A stretch of DNA of 54,882 nucleotides, counting the filler, from Jimgerdemannia flammicorona (lineage: Eukaryota): assembly GCA_003990765.1 (NCBI GenBank). It is 2 parts of 2 records of this genome, joined end to end, with 100 filler letters (N's around TTAATTAATTAA, not from the genome) between each part and the next. Parts side by side here need not be neighbours in the genome. Positions count along the whole stretch, not along the records: positions 1 to 27,397 come from RBNJ01000632.1; positions 27,498 to 54,882 come from RBNJ01000633.1. One strand, 5' to 3'. Below the pieces are notes generated by a model. That model did no database searches, had not been told where the DNA came from, and saw only the letters and a list, made by a program, of their open reading frames with translations. This document shows, one piece after another, positions 26,134 through 38,254 of the stretch. Position numbers and translations under genes: made by a program. Each line of letters begins with the position of its first letter. Positions within the stretch are counted from its first letter, which is position 1.

Positions 26134-27057
26134 TCTGTTGGTATATACATGCTTGTGCATAACAGAACTTATCTTATTATCATATAGATACCTGGTAGAT
26201 ATATGATATGAGATCATTAAGGACAAGTAGCAGCTAGATTATGTATTGGATGTCATTTTCACCAAAGCAACTGTGACCTTATATAGATAAGTACTATATC
26301 AGAAAAATCCAAACACCAGAATCAATAGCATAGATATTGACTTTTACTTGGTCTTTATAGACTAATATAACTTCCTTATTATATATATATTTAAATGAAT
26401 ATCTACTATCTGAGTTGTTGATTGTATGAGAGTTTTGAGTTTATTTCAATAAGTCTATCATTAGACTAGTAGTAGTTCTTTCTTCAGTACTTATAATACA
26501 ATAGTAGTTTCACCTTATGAAATAAGTAGTCAAGATCTGTAGATAGTAGCTCCTTATTGTGTAATAGCCAAAGGTAGAATCAGAGAAATATGTAACAATA
26601 CTGAGTACAGATTATAAGAGTTTGGATGAAAATCTTCTTAATACAAAACTAAGTTTATACTATAATAACTATTCTATATTTCTGAGCTCATTATTACATC
26701 AATATACCTCATCTTATACTTAGATTACTGATATAATTATATGGTCCAGAATCTCATATAGAACTGTCTTCATAAAGTACTAGTAATATATAATTCTGAT
26801 TTCATACTTGAGTAGAATATAGAAGAAAAACTGATAGTTGTAATATTTTATTTACTGATAGTTAGCAACAACTATATTATATATAACTCTTTTTTTTAAA
26901 AGAAAATAAATATATTAATAAAAAGTTTAAATAAATAAAATAAAATAAAATAAAATAAATAAACTTATCTAGTATAACCTATCTATTGTTTTATCAATAA
27001 ACTCTATTTTATATTTGAATATATCCTCACTTTTATTAATCTTATTACTATGTCTAT

Positions 27058-27373
27058 TAGTACTCCCAAATGAATTAAATCAATTTAAATCAAATTAAAT
27101 TTAAATTGAATTGAGGATCTGATTTGAATACTATTTTTCAAAATATAATAACTCAATGAAAATTAATTTAAATTTAATAATCTTTAGCTTGTTAGATTTC
27201 TCTTATATAGAGAAATCTAACAAGCTAAGAATTATTAAATTTGAATATATTTTTATTAAGTTATTATATTTCAAAAAATAAAGTTCAAATTAAATCTTGA
27301 ATTAAATTGAATTAAACCTTTGATTTGATTGAATTGAATCAAATTTAAATTAAATTTAATTTAATTTGATTTG
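27058..27373. mobile_element. AT-rich palindromic MITE, truncated at the contig end; same family as 51575-51863
   Basis: Starts TAGTACTCCCAAATGAATT, similar to TAGTGCTCTTAAATGAATT at 51575. Shares internal blocks (caaaatataataactcaat, aacaagctaa, aatttgatttgtt). Central perfect hairpin ttagcttgttagatttctct-tatat-agagaaatctaacaagctaa. Confidence 0.7.
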
Positions 27374-27397
27374 TTTTTTTTTTTTTTTTTTTTTTTT

Positions 27398-27497
27398 NNN
27401 NNNNNNNNNNNNNNNNNNNNNNNNNNNNNNNNNNNNNNNNNTTAATTAATTAANNNNNNNNNNNNNNNNNNNNNNNNNNNNNNNNNNNNNNNNNNNN
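27398..27497. other. Artificial assembly/concatenation linker (44 N + TTAATTAATTAA + 44 N)
   Basis: Exactly 100 nt with a central six-frame stop cassette, flanked by homopolymer-rich contig ends. Confidence 0.95.
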
Positions 27498-27506
27498 AAA
27501 AAAAAA

Positions 27507-27537
<31 letters not shown>

Positions 27538-27661
27538 AAAAAAAAAAAACCTCTTCCGCATCTGTCACTGTCGCCGTCGCTACATTCGTAGCCGTGGATG
27601 TCGCAACATTCGTAGCAGTAATAGCATTAATCGTTGCCGTCGGAGTGAAGATACATACATG

Positions 27662-29160
27662 TTATGCTTGACGCGTAAAATACGCCCACCTAACGTCACC
27701 CGACCAGTCTCCTTGGAGTCCATTAATTGAGAACATCTGTGTGACTCTCCTTCCTTTCTCGCCTATGGCAATTGGCATACTTAGAAAAGAACGAATTCCT
27801 TGATATCCTCTTTTTGAAAGAATCCTGAAAATGCTGGAAAGACTCTCCTCCAGGGACTGCATCATACCTCTCTTGATAAGTTCGATTTCCACAAAGCCCC
27901 CTTGCCACAACTTCGACGGGCGCTTGTTCTCCTCCACATTCTTAGGTCGTTTGTCGCCGTTAGGACCAGAAAATTCACAACATATCCACAGGAATACATA
28001 CTGGAATGACTCGAGGTCGTCTCGAAAAGTCGCGCTCGTGGTGTCCGCTTCCTAGGACATTGATTGATATGAATGGCGCCGTTCAATTGCGGTAGACCGC
28101 GCCGAATTTTTTTGTTAATATCGTCTTGCACTCTATCAAGTTTATCTTCGTAATGGTAGCGCTCGGCTATATGCAAGTGTGTTCTCGTCTTGCTCAATCG
28201 CAACTGGTTTGTTGCATACTCCAGCATTGTCCTTCTGATTCGCGTTCTTCTTGTCATCAAGTGTCCTTGATGAGGAAACGCTTGTCACTTTCACCATCCT
28301 TGTACGCTTCCCAACAAACTGTACCACGGCCGCCGATCACGGGGCGATAGAATATCACTCTGACGAGAACAAAAAAGTTTCCTTCGAGCAATCTTCGCGC
28401 TGAATGTCGATACTACCATATAATGGAGCCTTTGCAATCCTGATAGTTGGATCGTATCCGAGATTCTTGATTTCCATCATGCAGAACCCGACGATGACAC
28501 GGACAAATGTCGTAATATCTGTGGGGATGTGGATTGAAACCGAACTGATTCCCCGGATCGATCGAATTGCCACACACGCATCCTGGTATCGCACAATGTG
28601 AAACCAAGCACGAAACGGCGATTTGGCTGAGTGCCGAACACCTCGCGCGCATAACTAGCAAGTTGTATATCTGTGCCGTTTCCATCACTGTCGGCATCAC
28701 GTTTACCTTCCCCACCGGCTATTACGTTGCGCCAATGGATGGAAGAGTTGCTTGTCTTGGGAATCTTGTTGGCGCGGACAAGTGTGTAATACATCTTGCG
28801 CTTCGCATAACTGCCCCTAAGCGGCTTTTTCGAGTGGTCAAAAAACTCCAGCGGCTTCACGTGAATGACAGGTTCTCTCTGTGTTATCTCGATGATTTTG
28901 TTCGCCAGATCCGTGAACAATGGGTAGTTTACGACTTCTTGGTCTTTGTGCGGAATGAATTTAGTGGTCTTAATCACCTCAGTGATTGCCTTAAATCTCT
29001 TCGACCCAGGAAACAGGGTCTCAATAAATTTCTCGACGTCCCGATGCAGGTTGCCCTCGAGTTCTTCCTTTAAAGCCGAGTCAACGGATCTGTGTGCGTG
29101 CGTCGAGCTGATCACTGTACCAAATGTCCGCCGTATAGGGATTGATTTCACTAGCAATTG
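27662..29160 (-). pseudogene. Fungal-type protein kinase (FunK1) pseudogene
   Basis: 'QLASYAREVFGTQPNRRFVLGFTLC...VWQFDRSG', 'LGYDPTI', 'GRGTVCW', 'LIKDT**', 'DDLESFQYVFLWIC'. Frameshift near 28552, TGA TGA at 28254-28259, and no HRD/DLD catalytic segment. Confidence 0.85.
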
Positions 29161-30399
29161 ATAGATGTCAATAGTAAAGAAGAATTACACAGGCGACTGA
29201 GTTAATAACTTACATTCAGGAACACCGGCATTGACGCCGCTCGCGTGTCGTGGTGTACTAGAACGCTCCAGCCGTTTGGTAACCAGAATAGAGTGCATTT
29301 TGATGAAATTACTTATGTAAGATTCAGTAACCGATGGCAAACAATGATATAGCGGATAGAGCATTACCCCATTCGCATCCCAATCCCAGATTATTTCTAT
29401 GCCGCATTCCCTCATCAGGATTTCCCACTTCCAGTCTGTTGGAGGGAACGAACGTTGTCAAATGTCAGTAAAATTCAATTTTACTCACAACAGTAGTAGT
29501 AGCCGTGACTAGACGTTCAGGTTGCTTTAGTAGGTTGACCGAAGGTTCTCTAGAGGAGAGAAGTTGACGAGAATATATGTAAATTGGGAATGTACCGAGT
29601 TGTAATCAGAAAATTTAAATACGCGTCCCTTTCCTACTCATTTGCACACTCTAAACAAAGGGAAAGAGACACTATACCTGGAATGGTTGAAACGGCGGAG
29701 AGTTACATAGCAATGGTGAGCGAATAGAAGGAGCAAATAGGAAATGAAATAGATGATAAAGGAGTCAGGATGAATGAACATTTAAGAAAGACTCGGGCAA
29801 ATGCGTGTATTTACAAGGATCCACCACTCCATAAGGGAGCCACGGAGGGCCCCATCGTATTACCGACCGTTCAACGAGTATACAAATGTATTCCCATCAC
29901 TTACCAGGAACAACGGCAAACAGGTACATGTCGGAGAAGGATTTAGAACTGAATAATTTCCTTTAAATGGAACTTCCACACTGAATTCGAGGACGGAAGC
30001 AAGATCATCTTCCGAGTCTAATTCCAGTGCCTGATCAATATTTTTCGTCCGGCGGCCTTAAAAGTAAGTTCGTGGGGTCGTAGCCATTGAAGACCATTGA
30101 CGATTCAGCTTTGATTGCTTTCTTGAAGTCACGAGTTTGAACCAAGCCTTTGGTAGTTTCATGGTGGTGTTGATCGAGTTAAATTTACTGGGAAAGCAGG
30201 GAAATAGCAGTTGACCCTTGAAATGATAGAGGTTTGGAGGAGTGAAGCGCAAAGATGTCGGTTAAGATTCTGACAAATAACTCCAGCACGAAAAATGGTT
30301 CAGTCTCCTGAATAAGCAAATGACACGTGATTCGAATCGATTACGCCACGCGATTGATGACTCTAATTTTGTCAATTAATCGCGTGGCGTAATTAATGG

Positions 30400-31390
30400 C
30401 CCTGAATGAAGATAGTGTATCAGATGATTTTTCGAGTTCCAGACTTAACTTTTATATCCTTAATTATGAAACAACGTTAACATTAGAAATTGTATTTTAG
30501 ATTATTATATTATATATTATTAATATACTAATAATAATTATATTAGCTATAATAATTATTATAAATTTTATCATTTCTTTTAAATAATAATAACAATAAA
30601 CCACTTTATATTTTATTCTAATTTAAATATAAAATAATTAAAATATATATATTATTAAGTTTAAATTATGTTTTTTTATTTTTATTTTCATAATTTTAAA
30701 TATTATTTCTATTTTATAATATATTAAATTTAAACTTATTTATAAATTATATCTATTAATATAAATAAAAATATAACTAAATAGATAATTTTTATTTTTA
30801 TTATAAATATAACTTGATTTATTCAAAGCAAAAACTTACATAAAAAAAAATTATAAAAATTATTAGTGAATTTTTTTTTATAAAGTTATTATTAATTTAT
30901 GAGTCAAACTTTAACCAAATTTGACTATATTATAGCTTAAAGAATAAAGTTATTTTTATTTTATAAATTTAATTAATTTTATTATATATTAGCTTTATCT
31001 ATCTCTTAATCTACATATAATATAGATAAATTTATTTATAAGAAAAATTATATATAATTCTATATTTATATAATAAATAATAAAAATAAAATAAATATAT
31101 TAATATTAATATAAAATCATTGATCCTTGTAGTATATAATTTTATTTATAATATAAATCTCACTTAGTATCATTATAGTAATATTAGAATTTAATTTTAT
31201 TATATTAGATATATTTTAAATTTTTCAAATTAAATTAAATTTATTAAATCTAAGTAATAGTCTACATAACTTATTCAAATTATATATATATATAGGTTAT
31301 AACTAACTATTAAATCACCTATAAAGTTAAGAATATAGATAACATTTTTAAACAAAAAATAAAATAAATAAAATAAAAATAAACCCTTGT
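30400..31390. repeat. Extremely AT-rich island, probably decayed repeat DNA
   Basis: Abrupt compositional shift to nearly pure A/T, with no ORFs in the track. Confidence 0.6.
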
Positions 31391-31621
31391 AAAAATGCTA
31401 CACAAGGTACAGTCAGAATTTGCATGACTTCTTGACACTTAGGTTCATTGCTCTGCGCTTAGTCGTCGTTATCGCTGTTCTGTTCAAATGATTTTATCGG
31501 AGATTAGCAATATACAAAAAATGAGTGTCAAATTCTCACCGTCACCTGTTCAGCAGTAGGCAAATGTCACGAGAAACCTGTTGTCCTAAGGATAATATCC
31601 ACATGCTCTTCGTAGTTCAAG

Positions 31622-34341
31622 ATGATCAATTTAAACCATTGCCTACTGCTCCTTGCTCTTATTCTCTCCAACAGTCTCGCCCACGCCGTCACCCTCCAGA
31701 CCTATACACCGGTCTCCGAGTGGCTGCCCATCGACCTGGCCTCGTACACCAGTGGCAACGCGAATTTTATGCATGATCTCTATAGGCTATTTTGGAAACT
31801 TAATTTGGATGCCGAAGTTCCCAGCATTGATATCGCTTTGGATGTGAAGACAGGCGGGTGGTATGTTTTTTATTTTATTTTATTTTATTTTATTGGAGGG
31901 AGGGAGGGAGGAAAGGAGGGGATATGGGAGAATGTCGGCACACTGATTTACAACACATAATTATCTATCAAAACTCATCTCCACTACCTATAGGCTTGGC
32001 TTCGGCCTTGCCGAACCTAACAGCGGCGGCATGCGTGGTTCCGATATCGTGACCCTGACAGTCCATCCCCACAACGCTACCCACTCCCTCACCAGTCTCA
32101 CCGACCGCCACGCCCTGCACCACGCCTTTCCAAGCGAGGATCTCTGCAACCAATACACGCTCCACGCCGGATGGCGGTCCCCACCGGGGGACGACCCGCG
32201 CGTGGTGGTCGCGTTTTCCAGGCCCATCGATACAAACGACAACCAGGATCGTCCATTTAAGGCTGGGCCTGTCAATATTGTCATGGCATATGGCGAGCAG
32301 AAGGATGTTGCGTATCATGGTGGAAATAGACATGCGTTTAGTGTTACGTTTTGGGAGGAGGAGAAGGAAGAGGAGGTATGGGAATCGATGATGGTCGAGG
32401 GCTCGCAGGAAGATCTTAGTGAGGCCAAATCAACAAAGGAGGAACGTATTTTCGATTACGAGTATGCCAACACCCCAACGCCCATTCTCGCACGCGAGAC
32501 CGTATACATGTGTACCGGTATGTCCTTGCTATCTTCCTGTGACTATTGTCCTCGATCACTCTGCTAATACATATACACTCCCTCACCCTACTGCTCCCCA
32601 CAGGCTTCGAGTTCAATCCACCCCACCCGACGAATGCTTCGCTCCTCGCCACAGGCCACATAGTTGAGATCCGTCCCATGATAGACCCCGCCACCATGCC
32701 CTACGTCCACCACTACATCGTGGGTGCGTGCAAAGGTAACACGGAAAAGTATAGAAGTATGGTCGGCAAGCCGACGGAGTGCATGACGAACGGATTCGAT
32801 GTTATGGACGTTTGTCCAATTATGGTTTACGGTATGGTATTACTTTTCTTTCATGGTGTTCGTCAATTGGACAACCTTCATGTTCCTTACCTTTCCGTTC
32901 TCAATTCCACAGGCTGGGCCGTCGGCTCAGGCCCGCTCGTCTTCCCACCCGTGGCCGGCCTCCCCTTCGGCGACCCCTCGGATCCTTTCGATACACGCCA
33001 CCTCCTCCTTCAAGTCCACTACGACAATCAGATGCCCGAACGGACCCCCGCTGGTCTTCACGACACTTCGGGCCTCGTCATCAGATACACGTTCGACAAG
33101 CGCCAGCATGACACGGCCCTCATTCATCTGGGCGATGGGATGGTTATGGGCGACCCCATGCCGTTCGGAACGGAGGGAAAAAGGAGAGAACTTGAGGTGG
33201 GTTGGGAGAGTGGTTTGGAAGTAGTTGTGTAAAGTTGTTCGTACGATTCTCATTATACTTCTCCTGTCACAGTACACCTGTCCTGGCGAATGCACTGCCC
33301 TCTGGCCATGGGACATCACCGCTTTCGCTGTAAGCACCCCTCCTTACTTCTTGTCTTTGAACCTTCCCACACAAATAACCGTCCTCGCCACTCGTCCTTC
33401 TATCCTCCCCTCCCTCCACATGCACAAATACGGCCGCCAGATGTGGTCGTCCATCACTTCGCTAGCGACCGACCCTGATGTCGTCACCACCACCACCGAC
33501 CTTGACCGCACCGACTTTTATGAATTTGAGTTCCAGCACGTGTCACATATTCATAAGGTCATCAAGAGGGGAGATAGGCTGAACGTGCATTGCGTGTGAG
33601 TAATAGCAGTCCCTTTTCGGGAAATGGTTATATGCTTTGTGTGAGCTCGGGAGGGGCCCTGATTGATCGTTCTGTCTGTGTGGTTTGCGGTGGTCATTGA
33701 TTATGTAGGTACGATACGTCACAGAACTTGTTTCCGCACATGCGTCCGAATGATACAAAGGTCTCTTTTGGCCTTGCCTCAGAAGATGAGATGTGTATTG
33801 ATTACAGTGCGTATTTTTTTTTTTTTCGAAAAGAGTCGATGTGTAACTTACCAACATGTGCACTGTTCGCGTTCTCGTGCCTGCCAACCAATCAATGCAA
33901 CCTTCCATTCCCACCCTCTACAGTATACTACTACCCCCGCTTCCCTAATCAACCTGACAACAGCGTCTGTGGTATGTCCTTCTATCTACCCGCCATTCCA
34001 TGATCTTCCATGATCCTGTCGATCCCCCTTCCATCTAAAATGCCCGTTCCCTTCACACAGGCCTTGGCTTCGACAATGGCACCGCCTGCGGCCCCTTCTC
34101 TGGCAATTTTCCCACCCGCTTCCCGTTGATCTCCAATCCGGTCCTGCCCAATAACACTCGCTACGCTGACCACAATAGCACCCGCGCCATCCGGTTCGGC
34201 ACCGCGCCAGACACGTGCTCGGCCCCGGTCATGGAAGTTGAGCGTGTCCCCGCTAGGGTCCTTATCGTGCAGAAGATTAGAAACAGGCTACAGGAGTGGT
34301 GGAGGGTGGTAGAGAGGTTGAGCAGGGGTTGGATTGCTTGA
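31622..34341 (+). CDS. Secreted DOMON + copper type II ascorbate-dependent monooxygenase (DBH/MOXD1-like), multi-exon
   Basis: Signal peptide. DOMON 'LFWKL...GG|WLGFGLAEPNSGGMRGSDIV'. CuH ligands 'VHHYIV' and 'LQVHYDN', 'GWAVG...FPPVAGLPFG', 'HDTSG'. CuM ligands 'LHMHKYGR' and 'EDEMC'. Also 'GDRLNVHCVYDT' and 'YYYPR'. Confidence 0.88.
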
Positions 34342-35643
34342 GGTGAGGATAGATGGACAATTTCGTCCGTGGAGTGAGGTGTGTCACTGAGAAGCGAAAA
34401 AGGTTCAGCGTAATTTATCGAAGATATTTATTCATCGATCAATTGAGCATGTTTGTTTTTACAATATTCGTTTGTGCTCAAGTTCGCAACTATGAATGAA
34501 ATAAAATATATAAAATAATCTGTGATATGTTAAAATCGCAGACAGAGAGCCGCAATTTCCTGCGCTCTTTTCTACTTTGCCATCACAATGACTATCTATT
34601 GCTACATACCAATCCATTCATACCATCAGTTTGCTAAAGTAGCCTTTAAAATATACTACATATGTATAGTTTCATAAGTCATGGCTGTGATTGCTTTAAT
34701 AAATTGAATGAGCTGATTTATTATTATAAATACTATTTTATATAAAGCAGATAGATAGTAGGTTAATAATATTAATAAATGCATCTAATTTATTTATATA
34801 ATATATCGGTTTATATATTAAAACTCTTTATAATTTTATAAGATTTTTTATTTTTATTTTTATATTATTAAACATATTATATTATATTTTTAAATATTTA
34901 ATATAAAATATTATATTAAAAAGATCTACAAAAACTAAGATATTTTTAATTAATAATATTATTTCTGTTCAATAGTTTTTGTTAGATAGGTAGACTTGCT
35001 TTTGAGGTTTTTACTGGCATATATTCTTCTATTATAGGGTATTCTGTCCAGAGGAAGCATACATGTCACTATGCATCTTTGCCTCGCTATTGGTATAAAT
35101 GTGTCATGTGTAACTGACAATATATACTGATCCTTTATCTTATTACAACATACGACAATTTGAGGTATTGTTGTTGGTTGAGGCAATTTTGACAATCTCA
35201 ATCGGATGGTGTTTTGACATAGAGGATTTGTGTTGTTGCGAGCAATAATCTGTCAACTCAAAAATGTGTCCGGAAGTCCCCGCCCGAAAGGTGTCGGCTA
35301 CTCGCGGGCGCACTGGGAATTGGGAACTCTGAATAGCGCATCTTTATTTGGGCTACTAAATAAAGTATATACAAGCACAGCTCTCACAAAGATGTAAGGG
35401 TTGATATGATTTTGCATACCGCAAGCAGTTAGTGGGCACAACGTTGCATGACATTGTTGCACCTGCCTGTTATGGATTTGCGTCTCGGAATCAGGGATTG
35501 TTGGGGGGCCGATTATTATACTGAAAGGCTGACACTGTTCTTGGTTCCGTCGCTCTTTCACTTCAACTTAGTAATAGTTTTTGGAGCCCCCAGCCGAATA
35601 ACGCGTGTACACTCTCTATATCACTGCCACACAACAAAAAGAT

Positions 35644-37436
35644 ATGTCAAAGAAATCCGGGTTCTGGGGAGGGTGGTGGGCCAAGAAGGAAGTCGAAGAA
35701 GCGAAACAGGGTAGGTCTTGGAGGAGTCTGCTTGTCGGTGTTCTTTGCCGCTTGGGCGAGTAGATGAGCCGGAATCTGTGACCCTCCCCGTGCCTCTCTG
35801 ACGCTGAAACCACCGCGCATCTCTCGCATCAGTCGACGTACCCATTAAGATCCTGGGAAACCGGTCCTCAGGCAAGACAACACTCCTGTACAAGATCTAT
35901 TTCAAGCATCTTGCAAAGACGGCGAGTAGCTCCCCTTCTCTTTTCGTGTCTGCGTGCATATTGGGGTATGTGTGTGTTGCCTGGTCGAGTGCCGTATCTC
36001 TGACCTCTTGGAATGGGTACCGCTCATCAGCCTGACGAGGCGTTCGGCGTCGTCCCCACGGAGTCGTTGAACGTTGAATCAATACCGTTCCGCGATGCGA
36101 TGTATCAGATATGGGAGTTTCCTGGTGAGTTTCTATTGCTTTTTGAGTCCGTGGGATTGGTATCTTTATGGAGAGGGTCTGTTGGTTTCGTTGAGGAAAC
36201 CTTGTCTTATTCCTATGTCTATTAATCGACATTCATTTATCCAACACAGAAATGGGATTGGCCATCGACTACATGAAAGACACTAAAGTTCTCATCTATG
36301 TTCTTGACTCTGTCGAGCAGTCAAAACCTGAGATCTTTGAAAAGGGGAAAAAAGATATGCGATGGCTGCTCGAAACGTACGCAGAGGACCTCCGATCCGC
36401 TATCATCATCACGATAGCGAACAAGCAAGACCTCGTCGGCGCCAACGGTGCGAAAGACGTGCAGGAGCTCGGCGAGATGTGGATGGAAGATGATGAGCTT
36501 CGACGAGCGCTAGAGGGACACCAGTGGCGTATCTTTCCATGCACGGCGTCCAAGGGCGAGGGGATCGACGCGGTACTCGATTACGTGTACCAGAAGACGG
36601 TCGCTATGCCCGCCACGAGCGAGGCCGGGATGGATTCCGCGGGCTCGTCCGCAGGCGGGTCAGCGAAATCGTCCATCGAGCACAGCATGTCGCAGTCGTC
36701 GCAGAACGGGCGCAAATCGCAAGCAATCGCGAAAGAGGCCGGGTCTGCAGTCCTCGTGTCGTCTTCGACAACGGACGGGACGAGCCCGAACCAGGTCGTG
36801 TTCCGGCGGCCGACGGGTAAGAGTGAGCAGATCCCCAAGTTCCCCGTCACGCCGTGGGAGGATGTGCCGAACCCGTACCACTTGTCGGACGACGACTTCC
36901 TTGCCTGGTTCGACGAGGGCCGCACCTTTCTCTTCTTCGACCATCACTCCCTCATTCGTGTCGCATACCTCTACATGCGCCGTTCAGAGACTTCCACTGA
37001 GCGTCGCTCCGACGCCACACGCCGCCTACTCTACTGCCTGCGCACCATCCTGAGGTCCATCGAGTTGCATGAAGAAGACGTGCAGAACGAATCAAACACC
37101 ACGGGGGCGTCGAGGAATGCCGAATTCGCGCACGATTCTATCGTTTACTCGGAGACCCATGCCTTGTTCTGGCTGCAGATGGTGTCGTACTCGTTGATAA
37201 AACACCCAGTGTTGGACGGCGAGGGGAGGAGTTTCGATAGGTTTTTAATGAGGAGCCCGGAGCTGTGGGACGGAGAGCTATGGCGGATCTATTATACGCC
37301 CAAGATTTTCCACTCGGAGAAGGCGCAGAACGAGTTCATGCCGCCGGATAAGAAGCAGCTGCCGAATGCATTCAAGCCCGCGAGCGTCGTGTTGAAGGGG
37401 TCCGGGTTAAATATCGATTATAAGGTCGTGGGGTGA
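35644..37436 (+). CDS. Atypical Arf-like (pseudo)GTPase fused to one uncharacterised C-terminal helical domain (exons 35644-35710, 35833-35921, 36031-36124, 36250-37436)
   Basis: P-loop 'ILGNRSSGKTTLL', switch I 'VPTESLNVE', G3 replaced by 'WEFPE', G4 'ANKQD', G5 'CTASKGEGI'. C-terminal domain 'LSDDDFL...DHHSLIRVAY...YSETHALFW...PELWDGELWRIYY...FMPPDKKQLP'. The second intron needs a GC donor. Confidence 0.8.
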
Positions 37437-38254
37437 AGGACTTGGGCTAGGATGGTGAGGTCAGGAGACGTTATGTATTATACATAGATGGAAGCGAGGA
37501 TTTGTATGTAGCAGAGGTTTTCACCTGTGGATGCCTACGCCATCGTGTTCTCATGATAGACACCATTTGTTCCCTTGTTTATTTAATATATTCCTTATTT
37601 GATCAAACAAACTATTACTTGATCGACTGCAATAAATCATGTCGTTCCCATTGTCTACGACATTTGTGACATTTGGCGGAAACTTGCAAAGAGGGGTCGG
37701 CTTTCCAACTACTTTACGGATACCCCTCAATCAAAGCCCTCAAAGCCTGGCTGGACTGAGGCAACATTCAAGACGGTCCGTAGGGGTGGGCATAAAATTT
37801 CCAAGCCGCCCCAAGCCACGGTGATGATCAAAACGAGGGAAGGTTCAGGCCTCTTTGTTATTGGGCCATGGTGAGTTTGTTCTTTTTTTTTGGGGGGGGG
37901 GGGACGTATATTTATATTTATATTGATTTTCCGAATTACGACTCATTCCCGACGTTTTCAACAGCAATCCGCCGCTACACCAGTCGAATTCACTGTCTAA
38001 TGTTTTCGAGGGCTTCCACAATCTGTATGAGCCGTGGCGCAGGTGCCACTGAGTGGCGGTCTAGTGAGTCGAGCATAATGCCAAGATTTTCTATTGGGGT
38101 GACAACGTGTTCGGCGTAGGGTTTGCCAGGTAATTAACTCGTTCCACAGTCTAATCTAACCAATCATCGGCGAGACGATTGCTGCGCTCCGTCCTACCTT
38201 CCCCCTTAAAACCCCCCCCCCATCGCAGGCATCAAGCAACTCCTCAAACGAAAC

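Noticed and set aside
27498..27551. A/C homopolymer runs resembling a telomere or poly(A) tail
   Set aside because: Low-quality contig-end sequence next to the linker, with no telomeric repeat unit.
29185..30252. Possible upstream exons or N-terminal domain of the FunK1 pseudogene
   Set aside because: Interrupted by stops and I cannot assign a domain, so it is left out of the feature.
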